Virus record (IMG/VR): IMGVR_UViG_3300048855_000207
Coordinates: 1-43,648 of that record
Source: a virus
Taxonomy: Duplodnaviria > Caudoviricetes
Length of the DNA stretch: 43,648 nt
Strand: one strand, 5' to 3'
Under the pieces are notes generated by a model. That model searched no databases. It saw only the letters and a program-made list of their open reading frames with translations, and was not told the origin of the DNA. The position numbers and the translations under genes were made by a program. Positions 24,057-32,764 of this stretch are shown one piece after another; position 1 is the stretch's first letter; each line of letters opens with the position of its first letter.

Positions 24057-24673
24057 TCGATTATCTCCCTGCCTGTTGATCGATTGCCTGACTCACTGCC
24101 CCGGACCACATCGTCGCCCGTCGCGGCGGGTCGCGCTGCCGATCGAGGGGAGCGCTGGCTTCAACATCCAGTGACAAACCGCAGAAGTCTGCCGAATGTC
24201 GCAGGGTGGGGGACGAAGGGGTGGGGTAAATGTCCCAAATGTCGGGGGAGAAGGCATCGGCCTGGGTCTAATGTCCCCTCAGCCCCCACCAGACCCTCAG
24301 CCCCTACAGCACACAGCAGCAGCGAGCCGGCCTGCCTCGGGCTGAGAGGGCGCTAAGTTGCTGTGATCGCTAGGAAATGCAGACAATCTCCACGGGTCCC
24401 TCCGGGCGGCGTGGCGTGGTCCCAGCGGCGATCTGCCGGGTCCAATTCGCAATCGGGCGCTTCGCTGGAGCTGCGCTGCCGCCACTCGGACCTCTATGTC
24501 CCCCACGGCCCTCCAGTACCTCCAGCACCCGAATATAATTGAGTCCCCTCCAGCCCCATTAGGTTCCATCCCGGCCCTAATTCCATGCTGTTTTGAACGG
24601 GTGGGGGCCTTTTTGCACCGGGGGACCCGTATGGAACCAGCCGCTCAGAAAGTGGCGGTTTTCTGCCGTTTTT

Positions 24674-24699
24674 GCATTAGTGCTGACTTATGCACAACC
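24674..24699 (+). promoter_or_regulatory. Putative phage RNAP promoter 2 (virion module), predicted +1 at G24692
   Basis: GCATTAGTGCTGACTTATGCACAACC; 24/26 identical to 2670-2695; upstream of a 17-kb co-directional structural operon. Confidence 0.75.
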
Positions 24700-24721
24700 T
24701 TCCACGATCGGCGACATTCTC
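24699..24721 (+). promoter_or_regulatory. 23-bp motif copy F directly downstream of promoter 2
   Basis: CTTCCACGATCGGCGACATTCTC; shares TCCAC...CGGCGA with copy B. Confidence 0.42.
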
Positions 24722-24724
24722 AGT

Positions 24725-24833
24725 CCCCTTAAAGCCCCCTTTAAGTCCTTTTTCGCCCCTTTAAGTCACCTAAAGCTACGATGATTAATCATCATCATGG
24801 TCCACCCCCAAAGGGGCCTTTAGGTCCTTAAAG
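24725..24833. repeat. Cluster of CCTTTAAG / CCTTAAAG / CCTAAAG short repeats
   Basis: CCCCTTAAAG 24725; CCCCTTTAAGT 24736 and 24756; CCTAAAG 24769; CTTTAGG 24818; CCTTAAAG 24826. Confidence 0.7.
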
Positions 24834-24942
24834 GGCTTCAAGACCGTGGAAGGTCCACCAGTTTAATGTCCGCCACGATGCGGGCTCCCAGACGCCCTCG
24901 GCTACGCTCTCAGCGACCGGGGGCAACCTTCCGTGAGACATC

Positions 24943-25662
24943 ATGCCCCTAGAGTCCGCTGGGTTTATCCACCAGCTCAACCCGGCGAACCCGGCAAGCT
25001 CCGATCGCCTCCAGCAGGGCGACGATCACATTCGCCTCATCAAGGCCGCTATCAAGGCGACCTTCCCGAACCTGACAGGGGCCGTCAAAGCGACCGAGAA
25101 GTTCCTCAACGAGGACCTCCCGGCCCGCTTGGTGCCGACAGGAACCATTGCGCTGTTCTTCGGCGCTGATGCTCCCGCGGGGTGGGCCATCTGCAACGGC
25201 CAGACGGTCGCCAAGGCGGACGGCTCAGGCAATATCACCACGCCGGACCTTCGGGGCCGTGTGGCCATCGGCGTGTCCGATACGATCGCGCTTGGCGCCG
25301 TTGTAGGCCAGGCATCCAAGACCATTACCACTGAGGTCGCTGGCGGCCATACGCCCACTGTGTCCATTGCGGCCGCTGGGTCCCATTCGCATACTGGCGC
25401 CGCCAGTGTCGCGAGCAGCAAGACCGGGGCGGCCGTCAGCACGACGACCCGAAAAGTCGATGATGGTGGCTCGGCTTCCAACATCGTCAACGGCCTCACG
25501 TTCACTGACCCCGGCCACTCCCATGCGGCTACGGTGTCGATAGACAGCGCTGGCGATCACTCCCACGTAGCTACGGCTGAAGCTGTCCCCGGCCACTCCC
25601 ATGCGGCGACGTTGGATGTGACCCAGCCCTCGCTCGCTCTCCATTACATTCTAAAGGTTTGA
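24943..25662 (+). CDS. Short tail fibre / tail-collar domain protein
   Basis: GDDHIRLIK N-terminus; P.GTI..F....AP.GWAICNG...TPDLRGR collar; repeated H-S-H motifs. Confidence 0.8.
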   Translation: MPLESAGFIHQLNPANPASSDRLQQGDDHIRLIKAAIKATFPNLTGAVKATEKFLNEDLPARLVPTGTIALFFGADAPAGWAICNGQTVAKADGSGNITTPDLRGRVAIGVSDTIALGAVVGQASKTITTEVAGGHTPTVSIAAAGSHSHTGAASVASSKTGAAVSTTTRKVDDGGSASNIVNGLTFTDPGHSHAATVSIDSAGDHSHVATAEAVPGHSHAATLDVTQPSLALHYILKV

Positions 25663-25665
25663 TCC

Positions 25666-27288
25666 ATGCCTACCTTCCCGGTTCGGGGTCTCGGCTCCAC
25701 TGGGATCGTCACGGACGCCTTCCCCTCGGACGTGGAGAACGTCGGCACCTTCACGGGCGGCGTGAATGTCCGCTTCAAGAACGGAAGGGTCTCTCGGGGC
25801 CCCATCTGCCGCACGGTAGCCACGCTGCCCCACGAGCCCGGCCATGTCTTCTCGATCCCTCCCGGCGCGACTGGGTACGACGAGGTGCTCACGGTGGCCG
25901 ACGACTTCGGGTCCATCTATCGCTTGAATGGCTCGACGTTCGAGAACCTCACGCCTTCCGGCCATGTAGGCTCCGTCGGCCCCCAGTCGATTACGAGCTG
26001 CGCCCTCGGCGGCATCGCTTACGTTAATCGCGAAAGCCATGTTCCGCTATATAAGGGGGCGGGCGACGGCGCCTTCTCGGCCATCCCGCAGTGGTCTCCC
26101 GATGATCGCTGCAAGGTCCTGAGGGCCTACAAGGATCAGCTCATCGCCCTCGGCGTCACCAAGGCGGGCGTCTACTACCCGACGATGGTGAAGTGGTCCG
26201 ACTTCTCCTACTACGGCGCTCCGCCGCAGTCGTGGGACACGGGCTCGACGACCAACTCGGCCGGCGAGAACATCGTCAACGAGATGCAACACCAGATCAT
26301 CGACGGCCTCAGCCTTCGGGACAGCTTCGTTCTGTATTGCACGGCCTCCGTGTGGCTGATGGACTACGTTGGCGGGAACGACATATTCACCTTCCGCAAG
26401 CTGTTCGACGAGGTCGGGGTCATCAACCCCAACTGTGTCGTCCAGGTAGGCGGGCTGCACTACGTCTTCGACCGGAACGACATCTACGTCCACGACGGCG
26501 TCTCGCCAAAGTCGATTGCGGATGGGCGCGTCAAGGAATTCATCTTCGACGCTCTCGACTACAGCCGGTTCCACCACTGCTTTGTGCAGCATGACGCTCG
26601 CCTTACCGAGGTGCGCTTTACGTATCCTTCCGGAGACAGCTTCGTCGGGTTCCACAACCCAACGACCGGATGCAACCGGCAAGCTGTATATAACTACAGC
26701 AACGACACATGGTCCTTCTACGACGTTCCGAACGTCGTGGGCTGTACGAAGGCATCGCTTCTCTCGGGGGCGAACTGGGACACAGACCTCAACACGACCT
26801 TCGAGGGCGCCGGGGGCTTATGGATGAGCGCCGAAGGCGATGAGGACCGGCACTGCCTCCTAGTCAGCCGCTCGGACCCCACCGTCGGCCTGTTGAGCCC
26901 CAAGCTATTTGGGTTCGATTTGCTTACCGGAGGCCGCCTAGCGCAGCCTGTGGCGGCTGAAACTGTCCGACCCGCGCAAGTGGAGCGGATTGGGATAGAC
27001 CTGGACTCCCAGGGCAAAAACCTCACCCAATACATGAACCTCCAGGCCATCTGGCCCCAGATGAGCGCCGAGCATCCCGACGATTGCTACTGGCAGTTCG
27101 GCGCTACCGATGTCGGGACACGCGAGCCGAGCTGGAGCAATCCGGCCAGCTTCGATCCGAGAGCAGAGACCCGCATCGATATCAACGAGGCTGGAAAATA
27201 CCTCGGATACAGGTTTCAATGTGGAGGCGCCTCAGACTTCCAGCTTTCAGGCTTCGACGTCCAACTCGTGACGCGCGGGCGCCGATAA
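25666..27288 (+). CDS. Tail nozzle / hub (packaged-DNA stabilisation) protein
   Basis: 540 aa beta-rich; NVRF..G, VKWSD, DIYVHDG, YNY...TW; follows the short fibre. Confidence 0.68.
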   Translation: MPTFPVRGLGSTGIVTDAFPSDVENVGTFTGGVNVRFKNGRVSRGPICRTVATLPHEPGHVFSIPPGATGYDEVLTVADDFGSIYRLNGSTFENLTPSGHVGSVGPQSITSCALGGIAYVNRESHVPLYKGAGDGAFSAIPQWSPDDRCKVLRAYKDQLIALGVTKAGVYYPTMVKWSDFSYYGAPPQSWDTGSTTNSAGENIVNEMQHQIIDGLSLRDSFVLYCTASVWLMDYVGGNDIFTFRKLFDEVGVINPNCVVQVGGLHYVFDRNDIYVHDGVSPKSIADGRVKEFIFDALDYSRFHHCFVQHDARLTEVRFTYPSGDSFVGFHNPTTGCNRQAVYNYSNDTWSFYDVPNVVGCTKASLLSGANWDTDLNTTFEGAGGLWMSAEGDEDRHCLLVSRSDPTVGLLSPKLFGFDLLTGGRLAQPVAAETVRPAQVERIGIDLDSQGKNLTQYMNLQAIWPQMSAEHPDDCYWQFGATDVGTREPSWSNPASFDPRAETRIDINEAGKYLGYRFQCGGASDFQLSGFDVQLVTRGRR

Positions 27289-27458
27289 TGCAGGCCGAAC
27301 GCCTCCAGCCTTACAGGCGCGGCTTGCGTCCGGCACTGCCAGAGAGCCTCCCCGCCTATCTAGACGTCGAGCTTCAGCGGCTCTCCGTCATCATCACCGA
27401 CCTCGTCGGGCTCGTCCAAAATCTCGACGCCCGCATTGCAGCCCTAGAGGCTCTGTAA
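27288..27458 (+). CDS. Small coiled-coil virion protein (tail needle candidate)
   Basis: TAATG coupling; YLDVELQRLS...LDARIAALEAL. Confidence 0.55.
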   Translation: MQAERLQPYRRGLRPALPESLPAYLDVELQRLSVIITDLVGLVQNLDARIAALEAL

Positions 27459-27476
27459 CACCAAGGAATACCGCGC

Positions 27477-28454
27477 ATGGGCCTCTTCAGTGGCTCGTCC
27501 ACGACGAAAACGAACGAGAAGTTCGACACCGGCCCGAGCAGCTTCCAGGCCCCGTACCTGAACAACGCCTTCAACTCGGCGCAGGACATCTACAACGGCT
27601 CGAAGGACAGCCCCTACTATCAGGGGGCGACCTACGCCGGCATGAGCCAGGAGGCGAAGGACGCCTTATCGAAGCTCAAGGGCTACGCCGCGGGCACTGG
27701 CTTGGACACGGCGTCGACCCTCAGCTCCCTCGGGACCCAGATGGCCGGCTACGGCTCGAAGGCCGCGGCAGCGACCGACCAGTTCGCCGCGATGGCCGGA
27801 CAGGACCCGACACAGGCGAATATCGCCGCCGCGACGGCCTACGCCAACAACCCGTCCATTCAAGGCATGATCGACGCCAACTCGCGCGACGTCACCCGCA
27901 ATCTGTCGGAGGACATTCTCCCCGGCATCGATCGCGCGGCCTCGGCGACGGGCAACATCAACTCTTCGCGGGCGGGTGTCGCGTCCGGCATCGCGCAGCG
28001 CGGCGCGGCTGACCGGATCGGGGACATCTCCGCATCAATCCGCGGCAGCGCGTACGACAAGGGCCTCTCGATGGCTCAAAGCGACCGGGCTACCAACCTG
28101 TCCGCGCTCGGCCAGGCCGCCAGCTCCTACGGGAACCTCGCGTCCTTCGGCGTCGATGCGCTCGGGAAGTCGAACGATGCGGCCTATGGGGCCTTCAACG
28201 TCATCAACGGCGCTAACACCGCCGAACAGGCGGACCGTCAGGGCCAGCTTACCGCCGACTTCACGAAGTGGCAGGGTGAAGACACCCGACAGTCCGACCT
28301 TCTCGACCGCTACGCCAAGATCGTGGCCGGGAACCAGTGGGGCCAGTCGGGCACTAGCTCGGGCACGTCGACCGCGAAGCAGTCCGGCTCGATCCTCAGT
28401 CAAATCATGGGCGCCGCTAACACGGCCGCCAGCATCTACACGGGTCTACGCTAA
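27477..28454 (+). CDS. Internal virion / DNA ejection protein
   Basis: MGLFSGSS start, QAPYL, ANNP, G...SSRAGVA; Ala/Gly/Ser/Gln-rich. Confidence 0.68.
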   Translation: MGLFSGSSTTKTNEKFDTGPSSFQAPYLNNAFNSAQDIYNGSKDSPYYQGATYAGMSQEAKDALSKLKGYAAGTGLDTASTLSSLGTQMAGYGSKAAAATDQFAAMAGQDPTQANIAAATAYANNPSIQGMIDANSRDVTRNLSEDILPGIDRAASATGNINSSRAGVASGIAQRGAADRIGDISASIRGSAYDKGLSMAQSDRATNLSALGQAASSYGNLASFGVDALGKSNDAAYGAFNVINGANTAEQADRQGQLTADFTKWQGEDTRQSDLLDRYAKIVAGNQWGQSGTSSGTSTAKQSGSILSQIMGAANTAASIYTGLR

Positions 28455-29401
28455 TGCCGGGCTACACCACCCCAACCGGCTCGCCGCTGTCTCCCTTCCA
28501 GGCACCAACGGCGCTCCCGAAGTACGACGCGGGCTTCAGCGCCGCCGCCGCGCCCATCGACAGCCAGCCGGCCTACGCGGCCACAAACACTATCGCCGCG
28601 CTCCCGAAGGCACCGCCCCGCAAGGGTCCGTCCATCTGGGACAAGGAGCACATCTCCGAGACGCTCGCCTCGATCGGCGCCGGCTTCTTCCAAAGCCAGA
28701 ATTTTGGCGACGGGCTTGGAGCGGCGGCCCAGACGATCGCCGGCCGGACGAAGCAGCTTCGCGACGAAGGGAAGAAGGCGATTACCTACGGCGGTCCGGG
28801 GGATCAGTTCGAGATTGCGACCGACGCTCGCGGCAACCGGACCATCCGTGAAGTCCCGCAGTTCCGCGCCGCGAACGATCGGGCGGCCGAGTTGAAGAAC
28901 GCGCCGTCAGCGAAGGACCGCGCCGACCTAAGAGCGCGCGCTCTCTACGCTATCTCCACCCAGGTAGCGCCGGAGAAGCGGGCAGAAGCTTACCGCAACC
29001 TAATCAACAATCCGGATCAATTCGGGATCGATGCGACCGGCATGCCGTCCGAATGGGACGACACTTATGGCACCCTTGGCGGCATGATGGGGCTCGGCGT
29101 CGACCAGTCCCTATCGCAGGAACGGGCCAACGTGTTGGCGCGAGACACGATCCAGCACCGTCGAGTTCTAGAGAAACAGGGTGACGCTCGGGTTGTCCAA
29201 GGCGACGCCCGCGTTGCTCAGGGCGCCGATCGCGTAGCTCAGGGGGCTCAGCGGGTCGCCCAAGGGGCAGAGCGCCTCCGGAAGGTCCCGTCGAGCGTCT
29301 CGCGAGACTATTCGCGGGTCCAGAGCAAAGCCCAATATGACGCTCTTCCGAGCGGCTCCAAATACATCGCGCCCGATGGGTCGCAGAGGATTAAGCGCTG
29401 A
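28454..29401 (+). CDS. Probable internal virion protein
   Basis: TAATG coupling; C-terminal YDALPSG..YIAPDG motif; heptad repeat. Confidence 0.55.
   Translation: MPGYTTPTGSPLSPFQAPTALPKYDAGFSAAAAPIDSQPAYAATNTIAALPKAPPRKGPSIWDKEHISETLASIGAGFFQSQNFGDGLGAAAQTIAGRTKQLRDEGKKAITYGGPGDQFEIATDARGNRTIREVPQFRAANDRAAELKNAPSAKDRADLRARALYAISTQVAPEKRAEAYRNLINNPDQFGIDATGMPSEWDDTYGTLGGMMGLGVDQSLSQERANVLARDTIQHRRVLEKQGDARVVQGDARVAQGADRVAQGAQRVAQGAERLRKVPSSVSRDYSRVQSKAQYDALPSGSKYIAPDGSQRIKR
29177..29281 (+). repeat. Five imperfect 21-bp coding repeats (QG.xRVA)
   Basis: QGDARVV QGDARVA QGADRVA QGAQRVA QGAERLR. Confidence 0.75.
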
Positions 29402-30120
29402 TGAGCGATAATTTCTGGGAGCAAGACTCCTTCGCCACCGCCGCGGCGGCCAAATCAGGAGCAACCGGGCGGGCCAAGACGACGCCACAGGACATGATGC
29501 TCCTCCGGGACTCCACGTCCCGCGCGGAGACCGAGCGGAACGCCCGCAAGGACTATGGATCGATCCGACAAGCGGTGCGGGACATGGGGACCGGGGCGCT
29601 CAAGGCGGCCACGCTAGACGCGATCACGCCCGAACAGGATGGCGGTTTCGTCGATACTGTAGGCGGGCTCCTCGGCGCCCCCTTGCGCCTCTTCGTTTCC
29701 GACAAGACGCTTGCGGCTCGCGACCAGCTCAACACCGTCAGCGCCCAGGTGGCCCTTCGAGGCTCCCAGCAGATGAAGGGCTCGTCGTCCGACAAGGACA
29801 CGGCGCTCATGCGGACGGCGGGCGTCAGCCCCTATAAGAGCAAGACGGAGAACCTCCGTATTCTCGACAACGCCGAGCGCGAAAGCGCCCTTGAGCAGCA
29901 CCGCGCGACCCTGAAGTCCAAGTGGATCAGCCGCTACGGGAGCATCTCCGCGCCCGGCCCGAACGGCATGGCCTACGAGGAAATCGCCGCTCGCCAAGAC
30001 GCCCTCGTCAACAAGGCGATGGACGTTCGCAAGCGTGGCCTCCCCAAGCCGCCCCCATCCGCCCGTCGTGGAGGGGGAGCACCCCTCGAAATCGACATCA
30101 ACGGAAACCCAATTCGATGA
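29401..30120 (+). CDS. Probable internal virion protein
   Basis: TGATG coupling; MKGSSSDKD motif; helical. Confidence 0.55.
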   Translation: MSDNFWEQDSFATAAAAKSGATGRAKTTPQDMMLLRDSTSRAETERNARKDYGSIRQAVRDMGTGALKAATLDAITPEQDGGFVDTVGGLLGAPLRLFVSDKTLAARDQLNTVSAQVALRGSQQMKGSSSDKDTALMRTAGVSPYKSKTENLRILDNAERESALEQHRATLKSKWISRYGSISAPGPNGMAYEEIAARQDALVNKAMDVRKRGLPKPPPSARRGGGAPLEIDINGNPIR

Positions 30121-32231
30121 GCACGACCGTTCGCCTTCCCGATGGGAGCAAGGTGTCCGTCGCTACCGACGACCCCAAGCAGGCCGCCGCGGCGGCCCAG
30201 CGGCACTGGCAGCAACGCCAAGGCCCTAAGCCCCGCTCGGGCTGGCAGACGGCCGGCGACTTCCTCGGCGACACGATCGACAACGTCATACCGAACTTCG
30301 GCGATGAGATTGCAGCGATCCCCGATGCGGCCCGAGCGGCCGTTAAGGGCCAGCCGATCGGCGAGGCCTTCAACCGCGGTCGCCGCGAGTTCAAGCAACA
30401 CCAGGCCCAGTATGACAAGGAACATCCCGCGCTTGCGTGGGGTAGCACTCTGGCGGGCCTAGGAGCCTCGGTAGCGTTGCCAGTAGGCCGCGCGGTGTCT
30501 GGGGCCCGGATGGGCGTCAAGGCGCTCCAAGCGGCCAAAGCGGGCGCTCTGTTCGGTGCCGTATCTGGTGCCGGCGAAGGCGATAGCCTCGGCGATCGTG
30601 CGACCAACGCGGCCTATGGTGCCGCCGCGGGCGCCGGGCTTGGAGCGGTCGCAACGCCCCTTATGGCGGGCGCAGTTCGCGCCGGCCGGGCGATCCGTAC
30701 CAACGTCCCCGGAGCAGAGGGCCTCGCCCGACGCCTCGGCAACGTACCCCGCGCCGTCATGCAGCGCCCCTTGGTCCAGCCGGGCCAACGTGCAGTTGAG
30801 CAGGCCGACCGGATGGTCAACGAACGTATGGGGCAAGGCAACATCAGCCGCGGCATGGGCCGCAACGGCCCCGCGTCGACCCCGCAGGCCATCGTCCAGG
30901 AACAAGAGCGCCGACAGGCCCTCAACGTCCCGGCGATCCCCGGCGATGTGACCGAAGGGATGCGCGGCCTCACGAGCTGGGCTTCCCGCGGCATTGGCCC
31001 CGGCCAAGAGCTGGTCCGCCGGTCTCTCGACGCTCGAAAGGCGACCGAGGCCAACCGTATCCGCGGGCATATTGTCGACGAGATGGGCCCCGCGGTCGAT
31101 CCCGTCCGACAGGTCCAGGAGTACAGCGAACGCGCCCGCCGAGAGGCTGGCCCGATGTACGACGAGGCCTACGCGCAGCCGATGGTCCTTACGCCCGAGA
31201 TGCGTGGCATCATCCAGACGCCGGCCTTCCAAGAGGCTGTCCCCAATGCGGTCCGCAACATCAGGAACGCTCAGCGCGACCCTGAGGCCATGGGCTTCGT
31301 CATGGGCCGGGACGGGCAGCTCCTGCCGGATCAGCATCAGTTCCTCTCGACCGAGGGGTTCGACCAGGTCATCCGCGCCATGAGGGACAACGGCCGCGCC
31401 GCGGCGGACATCAACCCGCTCACCGGCCGAGTCATCAACAACACCAACTCGGTCCACATCAACGCTCGGGCAAGCGACCTCCAGAACGAGCTTTCGGCTC
31501 AGAACGGCGCCTATCGCGACGTCACGGGCATGTACGCCGACGAGATGGGGATGCGCGATGCGTTCCAGCGCGGCGGGGACGTCAAGAACCTCACCGGCGC
31601 CGAGATTGCCGAGCAGGGCCGACAGGCACCGCAGGATAATGCCCGCGGCGCATGGGCGATCGGCGCCCGTACCGCTCTTGCGGACGAAGCGTCGCAGTAC
31701 GGTGCCAAGTACCCGACGGGCGATACGGCCGCCATGGTCCGCAAGGTCCTAGGCGACGAGTCCAAGCAGGCTTCCGTCCAGGCCATGATGCCGGACCGGC
31801 CCGGCGCCGTTGCAGGCCTCCAAGATCGCCTCGAAGCCGAGCACCAGGGGAACATCCTCTGGAGCGAAGTGCAGGGCAACTCGAAGACCGCTTCGCGCCA
31901 GCAGCTCGACGCGGACCTCGATAGTGCCGCGGGAGCGCGGACGCTCAGCAGCTTGTCGCCACGCGGCATGATGGCCTCGGTCATCAACCACATCGGCGAC
32001 CGAGCTACCACTCAGTTCCGGAACGACGTGAAGGCCCGTGTGGCCCAGATCGCCACTGAGACGAACCCCGCCACGGTCCGGGAGCTGATGGCAGAGATTG
32101 CCGATCGCGCCCGCCAGGATCGCGAGTTTGGGGACCTCCTGCATCGCTCCGGAGCAATCGCCGCGAAGGGGGCAGGGGCCAATATCGCAGCACCCAACCC
32201 CAGCGAGCTTGACGACCTGTATGCCAACTAA
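30117..32231 (+). CDS. Large internal virion / DNA ejection protein
   Basis: ATGA coupling (MSTTVRLPDG); Gly/Ala-rich hydrophobic segments; about 704 aa. Confidence 0.68.
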   Translation: MSTTVRLPDGSKVSVATDDPKQAAAAAQRHWQQRQGPKPRSGWQTAGDFLGDTIDNVIPNFGDEIAAIPDAARAAVKGQPIGEAFNRGRREFKQHQAQYDKEHPALAWGSTLAGLGASVALPVGRAVSGARMGVKALQAAKAGALFGAVSGAGEGDSLGDRATNAAYGAAAGAGLGAVATPLMAGAVRAGRAIRTNVPGAEGLARRLGNVPRAVMQRPLVQPGQRAVEQADRMVNERMGQGNISRGMGRNGPASTPQAIVQEQERRQALNVPAIPGDVTEGMRGLTSWASRGIGPGQELVRRSLDARKATEANRIRGHIVDEMGPAVDPVRQVQEYSERARREAGPMYDEAYAQPMVLTPEMRGIIQTPAFQEAVPNAVRNIRNAQRDPEAMGFVMGRDGQLLPDQHQFLSTEGFDQVIRAMRDNGRAAADINPLTGRVINNTNSVHINARASDLQNELSAQNGAYRDVTGMYADEMGMRDAFQRGGDVKNLTGAEIAEQGRQAPQDNARGAWAIGARTALADEASQYGAKYPTGDTAAMVRKVLGDESKQASVQAMMPDRPGAVAGLQDRLEAEHQGNILWSEVQGNSKTASRQQLDADLDSAAGARTLSSLSPRGMMASVINHIGDRATTQFRNDVKARVAQIATETNPATVRELMAEIADRARQDREFGDLLHRSGAIAAKGAGANIAAPNPSELDDLYAN

Positions 32232-32757
32232 GCCTACCGGGCGGCCCCGCGGCCGTCCAAAGGGCGCCAAGAACATCCCGAAGCTCGACGCTTTTGTAGC
32301 CGAGAGCGTCTTGGCGCCCCCCGTGCCCGTAGCGCCCTCTCCCAACCCCTCCAAGAGGGCAGAGAGTGGCGTTTGCGTCGGCATGTCCCCGGAAGAGCGC
32401 TCTGCCTACTTCAGGGCACTTTTCGCCAAGCGGAAGGTCAATCGAGGCGGCAAGCCGGCGGGAGTCCCCAGGCGCATGACCATCGCGCAAGCCGAGGCCC
32501 ACGCGGCCGAACAGAAAATCATTATCGACAGGATCATCAAGAAGATGGCCGCCAACGAGCAGCTACCAGACGACCCGCGGGCCGTTGAGGCCCTGACCGA
32601 AGCTATGACGGTCATGCGGGCACCGAATACTGCAAAGGATAAGATCGCCGCCGCGCGTCTTATCCTCGACTTCACGAAATCCAAGCCGACCGCGAAGGTC
32701 GAGCACACCGTCAAGACTGCCGAGGACCTCCTCGACGAGATGGCGGACGAAGAGTAA
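32221..32757 (+). CDS. Putative terminase small subunit
   Basis: Immediately upstream of TerL; AT-hook-like GRPRGRPK; KIAAARLILDFTKSKP. Confidence 0.6.
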   Translation: MPTKPTGRPRGRPKGAKNIPKLDAFVAESVLAPPVPVAPSPNPSKRAESGVCVGMSPEERSAYFRALFAKRKVNRGGKPAGVPRRMTIAQAEAHAAEQKIIIDRIIKKMAANEQLPDDPRAVEALTEAMTVMRAPNTAKDKIAAARLILDFTKSKPTAKVEHTVKTAEDLLDEMADEE

Positions 32758-32764
32758 CCCCACG

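Noticed and set aside
24436-24452. CCGGGTCCAATTC resembling a tRNA T-arm
   Set aside because: The 3' side does not pair and no cloverleaf forms; no tRNA gene found
24688-24696. TTATGCACA, a perfect DnaA-box consensus match
   Set aside because: Falls within phage promoter 2, and the sister copy differs at these bases; better explained as promoter sequence
24729-24744. TTAA-N8-TTAA, CtrA-like
   Set aside because: Spacing is off by one and it is part of the CCTTTAAG repeat cluster
25509-25607. Exact 21-bp repeat in the short tail fibre gene (possible DGR template/variable pair)
   Set aside because: Encodes the repeated PGHSHAA fibre motif; no reverse transcriptase and no adenine-specific differences
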